Of a DNA stretch of 64,000 bases, positions 1-7,570 are shown in pieces. The stretch comes from Desulfatiglandales bacterium. Its GTDB lineage: Bacteria > Desulfobacterota > DSM-4660 > Desulfatiglandales > HGW-15. The first letter of the stretch is position 1. Each line of letters opens with the position of its first letter. The DNA lies in assembly GCA_963667015.2 (NCBI GenBank), contig CAXXJJ010000003.1, positions 32,001 through 96,000 of the forward strand, in the 5' to 3' direction. Made by a program: the position numbers and the translations under genes. A model generated the notes under the pieces. The model did not search any database. It was not told where the DNA came from and saw nothing but the letters and a program-made list of their open reading frames with translations.

Positions 1-2125
1 GCTCCGGGGCATTATTTAACAGTTCCAGGGGATTTTCTCTTTCCACTGGCGTGTCATCCCTCCAAACATTCTTTATATCAAGTACGTGGCTCATGGGCGC
101 TATATCCGTTGTGTCTAAATCCTCGAGCGCAGCAGCATAATCAAGTATCGAGTTCAGATCAGCCCCGTATTTTTCTGTCTCTTCATCAGTTAAACTGAGG
201 CGGGCAAGTTTTGCAACGTGTTTTACTTCATCAATAGTGATCTTTTCTTTCCCCGGTCTGATCTTGCCGTCAGTTCCTTCACCATTGGAATCACCTTCCT
301 GTAATGCAGATATTACTCCCTTAAGTCCGCCCATAAGACCCAGTTCGTCAAGCTGGGATTTATCAGCAAGGTTTGGAGCCCTGGTTAATGGGCAGAAGGC
401 CCTCCTGTTTTTGGGGAAGGCAATAACATCCCTTATCGAGGATGTATTAAGTATCATTGAAATAACCCTGTCTATTCCAAGTGCAAGCCCTGCGTGCGGA
501 GGTGCACCATATTCCAGTGCTCTCAGGAAAAAGCCGAACTTTGTCTCCGCTTCATCCTGACTCAGGCCCAGTGCCCTGAATATCTTTTTCTGGACATTCA
601 TATCGTGTATACGGATGCTTCCCCCTCCCAGCTCTTCGCCGTTCATGACAAGGTCATATGCCCTTGAATTGAGGGACAGAAGTTCTTCTATATTTTCAGG
701 GTCAAAATCCGTCTGGTCAGGCATTGTAAATGGGTGATGCTGTGAACTGGGGGAACCGTCCTTCAGCTCAAAGAGCGGAAAGTCTGTCACCCATACAGGG
801 CAGTAGGTATCCTTCGGTATCAGGTTGTAACGGTTTGCAACATGGAGCCTGAGATCACATAACACCTTGTTTACAAGGTCGATATCAGTATCGGCTATAA
901 ACATCAGAACATCCCCGTCTTCGGCCCCGAATCGGTCAATAAGGGCTTTTTGTTCTGCCTTGCTGAAGAACTGAACAATATTAGACTGGAGTTCCCCGTC
1001 CATTACCTTCATCCAGGTCATGCCTTTTGCACCGAAGGTCTGGACAATCTTCATGGCATATTCGTTTTGAAGCACATTTTTGCTGAGTGCCTCTGCCATG
1101 TCCTTTACGCAAAAGCCTTTAATAACACCCTTCTTTTTAATTATCTGTTTGAAAATACTGTATTTTGTGTCTGAAAGAATATCCGTTACATCCTCAAAGG
1201 TCATTCCGAACCTGATGTCCGGGCGGTCTATGCCGTATTTGTCAATTGCAGTCTTATATGTCATTCGCGGAAACGGCCGTGAAAGTTCAATGCCTCCAAT
1301 GGAAAACATCTGAACTGTAAGTTCTTCGATAAGCTCATATATGAATTCCTCATCTATAAATGAGGCTTCCATATCAAGTTGTGTAAATTCGGGCTGTCGG
1401 TTTGGCCTCAGGTCTTCATCCCTGAAACAACGGGCTATCTGAAAATACCTGTCCATCCCGCTCATCATCAAAAGCTGCTTAAATAGCTGGGGCGACTGGG
1501 GCAGGGCATAAAATTTCCCCTGGTGGACCCGGCTTGGAACAAGATAATCCCTTGCCCCTTCGGGTGTGCTCCTGGTCAGAAAAGGGGTTTCAATTTCATA
1601 GAAATTATTGGCATCAAGAAATGCCCTGATACATTTCAATATTTCATACCGTTTGATAAACAGATGCTGCATTGAAGGGCGTCTGAGGTCAAGGTATCTG
1701 TATTGCAGGCGCAGGTCTTCATCAACATTTTCCGGGCCGCCCGATATATCTTCTCCAAGCACCATTGCCTTTTCTGATATACGAAAGGGCAGTGTCTTTG
1801 ACCCGGATAATATCTTAAGACCTGTTGCATTAACCTCGATATTTCCGGTTTTAATGTTTGGGTTCTCTGTTCCCTGTTCTCTTTTAACTACCTTGCCCTT
1901 TACTTCGACAACAAACTCTTCCCGCAGAGATGTTGCCATATCATAACACTCTTTATTTTTTTCAGAGGAAAAAACAACCTGTACAATACCCCTGATATCC
2001 CTAAGGTGTATAAATAGTACATTCCCGTGATCACGTATTGCATCAACCCAGCCCAGGAGTAAAATCTCCCTCCCGCTGTCAGATGATCGGACATCTCCGC
2101 AATATATTCTTTCTTTCCAGTTCAT
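1..2125 (-). CDS. aspS: Aspartate--tRNA ligase (likely non-discriminating) fused in frame to a C-terminal GatC domain; 3' end outside window
   Basis: Absent from the ORF track (open at edge). Hand translation from ATG 2125: MNWKRRIYCGDVR...GWVDAIRDHGNVLFIHLRD; FLTRSTPEGARDYLVPSR, ALPQSPQLFKQLLM, QIARCFRDEDLR, DVIAFPK; then without a stop KITIDEVKHVAKLARLSLTDEE...MSHVLDIKNVWRDD...NAPE (GatC-like). Confidence 0.95.
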   Translation of the reverse strand, partial: MNWKERIYCGDVRSSDSGREILLLGWVDAIRDHGNVLFIHLRDIRGIVQVVFSSEKNKECYDMATSLREEFVVEVKGKVVKREQGTENPNIKTGNIEVNATGLKILSGSKTLPFRISEKAMVLGEDISGGPENVDEDLRLQYRYLDLRRPSMQHLFIKRYEILKCIRAFLDANNFYEIETPFLTRSTPEGARDYLVPSRVHQGKFYALPQSPQLFKQLLMMSGMDRYFQIARCFRDEDLRPNRQPEFTQLDMEASFIDEEFIYELIEELTVQMFSIGGIELSRPFPRMTYKTAIDKYGIDRPDIRFGMTFEDVTDILSDTKYSIFKQIIKKKGVIKGFCVKDMAEALSKNVLQNEYAMKIVQTFGAKGMTWMKVMDGELQSNIVQFFSKAEQKALIDRFGAEDGDVLMFIADTDIDLVNKVLCDLRLHVANRYNLIPKDTYCPVWVTDFPLFELKDGSPSSQHHPFTMPDQTDFDPENIEELLSLNSRAYDLVMNGEELGGGSIRIHDMNVQKKIFRALGLSQDEAETKFGFFLRALEYGAPPHAGLALGIDRVISMILNTSSIRDVIAFPKNRRAFCPLTRAPNLADKSQLDELGLMGGLKGVISALQEGDSNGEGTDGKIRPGKEKITIDEVKHVAKLARLSLTDEETEKYGADLNSILDYAAALEDLDTTDIAPMSHVLDIKNVWRDDTPVERENPLELLNNAPE

Positions 2126-2257
2126 AATTTAATTACCTATCTGTTGACTGATCTTTTTCTCCCTGAGAGGAAAAAGGTGTATAACATAATTTGAACTGAA
2201 AAACATAGCCTATAGTTACTATATTATCAAGGTTATCTTGAATGATTGAGAAAATAT

Positions 2258-2286
2258 TTGACAAAGGAGTATCCCTTTGTTATTAG
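2258..2286 (+). promoter_or_regulatory. Putative sigma70 promoter of the mvhD-metVF-glt operon
   Basis: TTGACA (2258-2263), 17 nt, TATTAG (2281-2286) preceded by TGn; just upstream of the dual-hairpin leader. Confidence 0.6.
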
Positions 2287-2295
2287 ACTTTGTTC

Positions 2296-2382
2296 CGTAC
2301 AAAGACGTACGATTTAAAGAATTTTAAAAAATGACAAAGACGTCGATCTCATGATTCAAGTGGGAGGCGTCTTTTTTGTTTT
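2296..2382 (+). promoter_or_regulatory. ANTAR-type dual-hairpin leader overlapping an intrinsic terminator
   Basis: CGTAC-AAAGAC-GTACG (2296-2311) and TGAC-AAAGAC-GTCG (2332-2345), identical hexaloops with A1/G4; hairpin 2 overlaps the 5' arm of terminator aaagacgtc...ggcgtcttttttgtttt. Confidence 0.8.
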
Positions 2383-2619
2383 ATGTAGATACAATAATGG
2401 ATAGATAAAATTGATTCAAATATTGTCTGATCAGTACCGATTGCTGTTTTAAGCACTTAAGAATCCCGCCATCAGGTTGTATCTGCCTGAATTCAATTGC
2501 AAATTGCCTTGAATAGGTATAGGATATCTACTTTGCTTTGGGTCTGAACAAATGGGAAATCGGTTTTATTAATTCCTGATTGTATAACCATTTCGGAGCC
2601 GGTTAGAAAGGAAAACAAT

Positions 2620-3039
2620 ATGGAGAATGAACAGAAGCGTAATCTTGCGGTATTTTACTGCCGGAACGTTCCTGAAAGTAATGAAAATGCCAGAAGGAAA
2701 CTTGAAAAAAAATACGGTCCCTCAGTAAAATTTTTTCCTGTAGTGTGCAGTGGCAGAATGGATATGATTCATCTTTTAAAGGCACTGGAAGACTTCGCAG
2801 ATGCGGCATATATCGTTACATGTCCCGAAGGAACATGCCGGTATTTTGAAGGAAACCTAAGAGCCAAAAAGAGAGTCCAGAAGGCAAAAAGTATAATCGA
2901 GAGCATTGGCCTTGAAAAAGAGCGAATCGATATAATAATCGGGTCGGTAAAAGATACTAAAACCCTTGAGGCACAGGTAGAGGAGATAGTAAGTCGAACA
3001 GCCAGTTTATCTCAGTCGCCTGTTCATACAAAAAAGTAG
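2620..3039 (+). CDS. mvhD: MvhD/FlpD-family iron-sulfur subunit
   Basis: FYCRN, VVCSGRMD, TCPEGTCRYFEGNLRA, IGLEKERI motifs; upstream of metV-metF. Confidence 0.85.
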   Translation: MENEQKRNLAVFYCRNVPESNENARRKLEKKYGPSVKFFPVVCSGRMDMIHLLKALEDFADAAYIVTCPEGTCRYFEGNLRAKKRVQKAKSIIESIGLEKERIDIIIGSVKDTKTLEAQVEEIVSRTASLSQSPVHTKK

Positions 3040-3071
3040 TTTATTAATTTTTAATTATCTGGAGAAGAACA

Positions 3072-3740
3072 ATGATAACGGCGGAACAGAAACCTATTGA
3101 TGAAATAAGGGAGATGATTGCCCCCTACAAGCGTATTCTGGTTGTCGGATGCGGTTCCTGTGTCGCGGAATGCGCAGCAGGAGGGCAGAAAGAGACAGCC
3201 CTTTTGGCTTCAGCCCTTCGCATGGCTGACAAAATGGATGGGCAGGAAAGAGTCATAGATGAGCTTACCCTTGACCGGCAGTGCGTGAAAGAATTTGTAA
3301 TCAAACTTGACGATTATGTAAAAGATTACGATCTTATCCTTTCGCTTGGATGCGGAGCCGGTGTCCAGGCAGTTGCAACCATGTATCCTGAAATTCCTAT
3401 CGCCCCGGCCCTTAATACCGAATTCCTGGGAGAAACCAGGGATCAGGGATTATGGATCGAAAACTGCCAGGGATGCGGAGACTGTATGCTGTTTTATTTT
3501 GGCGGTGTCTGTCCTATCACCAGGTGTTCCAAACAGCTTTTAAATGGTCCCTGCGGCGGATCAAAGAATGGTATTTGTGAGGTTAACCCGGAAACACCCT
3601 GTGCCTGGCAGGAAATTATTGACAGACTTTCATCCTTTAATGCGCTGGATAAACTTGAGATGATCTATCCGCCAAAGGACTGGTCCAAAAAACAGGGAAG
3701 CGGACCCAGAAAGATAGTAAGGGAGGATCAGCAAAAGTGA
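3072..3740 (+). CDS. metV: Methylenetetrahydrofolate reductase small Fe-S subunit MetV
   Basis: MITAEQKP start, GCGSCVAEC, CQGCGDC, CPITRCSKQLLNGPCGG, CAW; overlaps metF start. Confidence 0.9.
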   Translation: MITAEQKPIDEIREMIAPYKRILVVGCGSCVAECAAGGQKETALLASALRMADKMDGQERVIDELTLDRQCVKEFVIKLDDYVKDYDLILSLGCGAGVQAVATMYPEIPIAPALNTEFLGETRDQGLWIENCQGCGDCMLFYFGGVCPITRCSKQLLNGPCGGSKNGICEVNPETPCAWQEIIDRLSSFNALDKLEMIYPPKDWSKKQGSGPRKIVREDQQK

Positions 3741-4654
3741 CAGTAAACAGCAATCTTAAAAAAGTACTTGAAGGCGGTGGATTTGCAGTAACTGCTGAGT
3801 GCGGCCCACCAAAGGGTGCAGATCCCGAAGTAATATTGAAAAAGGCCGAGCTCTTAAAGGGCAAGGTTGATGCAGTTAATGTAACCGATAACCAGACAGC
3901 CATCGTCAGGATGTCAAGCCTTGCTACATGCAGCCTTTTACTAAAGGCAGGTCTTGAGCCTGTTTTCCAGATGGTTGTAAGGGACAGGAACAGGATAGCC
4001 CTTCAGTCTGATATCCTGGGTGCTGCTGCAATAGGTATAAATAATGTTTTATGTCTGTCCGGCGATCACCAGATATTTGGTAATCAGCCGCAATCCATGG
4101 GTGTTTTTGATCTCGACTCTGTACAGTTTTTAAATGTAGTTAAAAATATGAGGGACAACGGCAAGCTGCTCGGCGGAGAAGAACTTACAAAATCTCCCGA
4201 GATGTTCATCGGCGCAGCAGCCAATCCATTTGCAGATCCTTTTGAGTTCAGGATTGTAAGACTTGCCAAAAAGATAGCTGCCGGTGCCGATTTTATTCAG
4301 ACACAGTGCATCTACAATATTGAAAAGTTTGAAAAGTGGCTGAAAATGGCCGCGGACAGGGGCCTGACTGAGAAGGCCTATATCCTGGGAGGTGTAACAC
4401 CCTTAAAATCAGCCGGTATGGCGAAGTATATGAACAATAAAGTAGCGGGAATGGATGTTCCTGAAGAGATAATCAAGAGAATGGAAGGCGTCGCCAAGGA
4501 CAGGCAGAAAGAAGAGGGCATTAAAATCTGTGTTGAAACCATTCAGAAACTGAAAGAAATGGACGGAGTCAAAGGCGTTCATATCATGGCAATTGAATGG
4601 GAAGAAGCTGTTGGTGAAATCGCTGAAAAGGCTGGATTGCTGCCCAGACCTTAA
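3737..4654 (+). CDS. metF: 5,10-methylenetetrahydrofolate reductase
   Basis: AECGPPKG, NVTDN, RDRNRIALQS, LSGDH, KKIAAGADFIQTQ, GVHIM. Confidence 0.95.
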   Translation: MTVNSNLKKVLEGGGFAVTAECGPPKGADPEVILKKAELLKGKVDAVNVTDNQTAIVRMSSLATCSLLLKAGLEPVFQMVVRDRNRIALQSDILGAAAIGINNVLCLSGDHQIFGNQPQSMGVFDLDSVQFLNVVKNMRDNGKLLGGEELTKSPEMFIGAAANPFADPFEFRIVRLAKKIAAGADFIQTQCIYNIEKFEKWLKMAADRGLTEKAYILGGVTPLKSAGMAKYMNNKVAGMDVPEEIIKRMEGVAKDRQKEEGIKICVETIQKLKEMDGVKGVHIMAIEWEEAVGEIAEKAGLLPRP

Positions 4655-4682
4655 TAAAGAAAAGACTTGGAGAAGTAATAGC

Positions 4683-6080
4683 ATGCCATCTAAATATGTG
4701 ATTCATGTAAAGCAGACCGGGCACCGGTTTGAGCCGGTGACTAAATCAGGTATCATTGCCTGGGAAGAGGGCTGTCTTAAATGTGCTGTCTGTGTAAAAA
4801 CAGAGTGTGTTTACGGGGTCTATGACAAGAGAAACCTCAACGCAAGACAGATGATTGACTCCATTGATAACAAATGTATGAACTGTTTTCGGTGCGTGCA
4901 GAACTGTCCGAATCAGCTTATACAGAAAGCAATTAACCCCGAGTTCATTGAAATGGGTGATACCCACTGGACTCCTGACATAATAGCCCGCCTGTGGTAT
5001 CAGGCTGAAACTGGAAAAATCCCGGTGTCAGGAGCAGGATATCCCGGACCCTTTACCGGACCCGGATTTGATTCCATGTGGACAGATATGTCGGAGATTG
5101 TCCGTCCCACAAGGGATGGTATCCATGGAAGAGAGTATATCAGTACTTCGGTAGATATAGGCAGAACCCCAAAGAGCCTTGTTTTCGATAAAACAGGTAA
5201 AATGGTAAAAAATGACGCAGGATTTATTGATATTCCTATTCCTGTTATCATGAGGGTTCCCGATTTCGGTTCAATAAGCGAAAAGACCCTGAAGGGCTGG
5301 CTTTCTGCAGCAAAACGACTGGAAACACTTCTCGCTCTTCCTGTAAAGTATCTGACCTCAGAGCTTTCGACGATGAGTCCATACATTGTACCCATTATTT
5401 CAGCAGGTGATATGGCACTGGTAGACAGGAACGATAATGTCAGACTGGTTGAATATATCTGGGATGAAAAAGGCAGGGAGAATGTTGAAAAACTGAGGGA
5501 GTTATTTCCATCAGCCCTTGTTTCCGCGCGACTTGATCTCAAGGGTGATTATGAGAAAACTGCCAGGGAAATACTTGAGGCCGGTTGCTCCATAATAAAT
5601 CTTGAAGGCAGTTATAACGGCAGGGTAAGGGATGATGAATCCCAATATATGAAAGATGCAGTAAGATCCGTTCATCTTTTATTTGTTGATGAAGGTATCC
5701 GAGATGAAATTACTATCATGGCGAGCGGCGGTTTTGCCATGGCAGAGCATGTTGCGAAATCCATCATTTGCGGAGCTGATGCAGTATTTGTTGATTTCCC
5801 AATCCTGATAGCCCTTGAGTGCAGGATGTGCCACAGATGTGAACAGGAATTACCATGCCCCGTAGAAATTGAAAATGCATCAATAAAATGGGTTGCAGAA
5901 AGAACCATTAACATAATCGGTGCATGGCATAACCAGCTTCTGGAAGTTATGGGTGCCATGGGAATCAGGGATGTCAGGCGTCTGCGCGGTGAGGTAGGAA
6001 GAGCAATGTTTTATGAAAGCCTGGATGAAAAGATATTTGGCTCTCTGAATAAAGTGGAGGAGGAGTTTGACCTTGAGTGA
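4683..6080 (+). CDS. Glutamate synthase-related FMN-domain protein with N-terminal ferredoxin-like Cys motifs (divergent paralog)
   Basis: Probable start ATG 4683 after GGAG; CLKCAVC, CMNCFRCVQNCP, RPTRDGIHGRE, IMASGG, ALECRMCHRC, MGAMGI; no QGAKPG motif. Confidence 0.8.
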   Translation: MPSKYVIHVKQTGHRFEPVTKSGIIAWEEGCLKCAVCVKTECVYGVYDKRNLNARQMIDSIDNKCMNCFRCVQNCPNQLIQKAINPEFIEMGDTHWTPDIIARLWYQAETGKIPVSGAGYPGPFTGPGFDSMWTDMSEIVRPTRDGIHGREYISTSVDIGRTPKSLVFDKTGKMVKNDAGFIDIPIPVIMRVPDFGSISEKTLKGWLSAAKRLETLLALPVKYLTSELSTMSPYIVPIISAGDMALVDRNDNVRLVEYIWDEKGRENVEKLRELFPSALVSARLDLKGDYEKTAREILEAGCSIINLEGSYNGRVRDDESQYMKDAVRSVHLLFVDEGIRDEITIMASGGFAMAEHVAKSIICGADAVFVDFPILIALECRMCHRCEQELPCPVEIENASIKWVAERTINIIGAWHNQLLEVMGAMGIRDVRRLRGEVGRAMFYESLDEKIFGSLNKVEEEFDLE

Positions 6081-7557
6081 TAATAATAAATTTGAATTTC
6101 CTGAAATCGTGAGAACACCATCACGGTTCAGAAACCCGATAGGTAAATATCGTCTGAACAGGACGGATGCATGTACTTCCTGTGGTAAATGCATGGAGAT
6201 ATGTCCCTATGGAGTCCATGTGGAAAAAAGAGGCAAGGTCTATGTTGAGAACCATTATCTTTGTGTTGGTAAAGACTGCCCGAATCCATGTACCGAGGCA
6301 TGCCCTGAAAATGCCCTTTCCCTGAGGCGCAACCCTACTTTTGATACCCTGGGTGACTACAGGTGGACCCCCGATCTTCTTGCCAGCACATGGTATATGA
6401 GTGAATTCGGAGAAGTCCCTCCGGCAGGGCTTAATTACAAAACAGGAAACAGCGGCGGTGGATTTGATAAGCTGCGCATTAAAGTCAAAAAAAATCAGGA
6501 AGAGCCCGAAATAGATGATGACGATATTGATGTAACAGTCGATCTCAATCGCCGTGGTGACAATGCTCACAGGGTTGATATAAAGGTGCCCTTCTATGGC
6601 GGCGGAATGTCATACGGTTCTGTAAGTGTTACAACAATGCTCAGCAGGTTCAAGGCTGCCAAGCTTCTGGGTACCTTTTGCTGTACCGGCGAAGGCGGAT
6701 ATCCAGATGAACTGAAACCATATGACGATCATGTTATAACGCAGGTGGCAACCGGACTTTTCGGTGTCAGGGAGGAGACCATACAGCGTGTTAAGATAGT
6801 GGAATTTAAATATGCACAGGGTGCCAAACCGGGTCTTGGAGGTCATTTACTCGGTGACAAGGTTACCCCCGGTGTCGCGAGGATGCGTGAAGCGGTTGTG
6901 GGTTATCCCCTGTTTTCACCTTTTCCCTTCCACAGTGTTTATTCGGTTGAAGATCATAAAAAGCATGTTGACTGGATAAAGGCGATGAATCCAAAGGCCC
7001 TTGTTTCGGTTAAGGTGTCTACTCCTACTGACGTAGATATGGTGGCTGTAGGAAGTTACTATGCGGGTGCCCATATTATTCACCTCGACGGCAGTTATGG
7101 CGGGACCGGGGCTGCACCAGAGATAGCTAAAAAGAATATAGCAATGCCGCTTGAATATGCTGTGCCCAAGGTGCATCAGTTCCTGACAGATGAAGGTGTA
7201 AGGGATAAAATTACAGTTATCGCGAGCGGTGGAATCAGGACTCCCCATGATCTGGTCAAGATTATAGCGCTGGGCGCAGACGGAATATGTACAGGTACCG
7301 CTGATATGGTTGCCCTTGAGTGTGTGCGCTGTCATAACTGCGAAAGCGGAAGAGGATGTGCGAGAGGTATTGCTACAACCGATGCTGAACTGATGCAGCT
7401 GATGAACAATGACTGGGGTACCCAGCGGGTTGTTAATATGTTCCTGGCCTGGAAAAAAGAAATAAAAAGAATACTCAAACGATTGGGTATGAAGAGTATC
7501 AAGGAACTTGTGGGCAGGACGGATTTGCTTGTTCATTTAGATTATATGAATAAATAA
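6067..7557 (+). CDS. Glutamate synthase FMN-binding subunit with N-terminal 4Fe-4S domain (GltB2-like)
   Basis: GGMSYGS, TGEGG, QVATGLFGV, EFKYAQGAKPGLGGHL, GGTGAA, ASGGIRT, CVRCHNC..GC..GIAT; N-terminal CTSCGKCMEICP. Confidence 0.9.
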   Translation: MTLSDNNKFEFPEIVRTPSRFRNPIGKYRLNRTDACTSCGKCMEICPYGVHVEKRGKVYVENHYLCVGKDCPNPCTEACPENALSLRRNPTFDTLGDYRWTPDLLASTWYMSEFGEVPPAGLNYKTGNSGGGFDKLRIKVKKNQEEPEIDDDDIDVTVDLNRRGDNAHRVDIKVPFYGGGMSYGSVSVTTMLSRFKAAKLLGTFCCTGEGGYPDELKPYDDHVITQVATGLFGVREETIQRVKIVEFKYAQGAKPGLGGHLLGDKVTPGVARMREAVVGYPLFSPFPFHSVYSVEDHKKHVDWIKAMNPKALVSVKVSTPTDVDMVAVGSYYAGAHIIHLDGSYGGTGAAPEIAKKNIAMPLEYAVPKVHQFLTDEGVRDKITVIASGGIRTPHDLVKIIALGADGICTGTADMVALECVRCHNCESGRGCARGIATTDAELMQLMNNDWGTQRVVNMFLAWKKEIKRILKRLGMKSIKELVGRTDLLVHLDYMNK

Positions 7558-7570
7558 CGGATAGGATAAC

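Noticed and set aside
237..2094. Short ORFs listed in the track over 237-2094
   Set aside because: Antisense or alternate-frame shadows of the aspS-gatC gene.
2620..3039. Selenocysteine in MvhD
   Set aside because: No in-frame TGA; the frame is open to TAG with Cys at the motif positions.
4593..4682. Upstream extension of the 495-aa ORF
   Set aside because: Overlaps metF; ATG 4683 has an RBS and a more plausible N-terminus.
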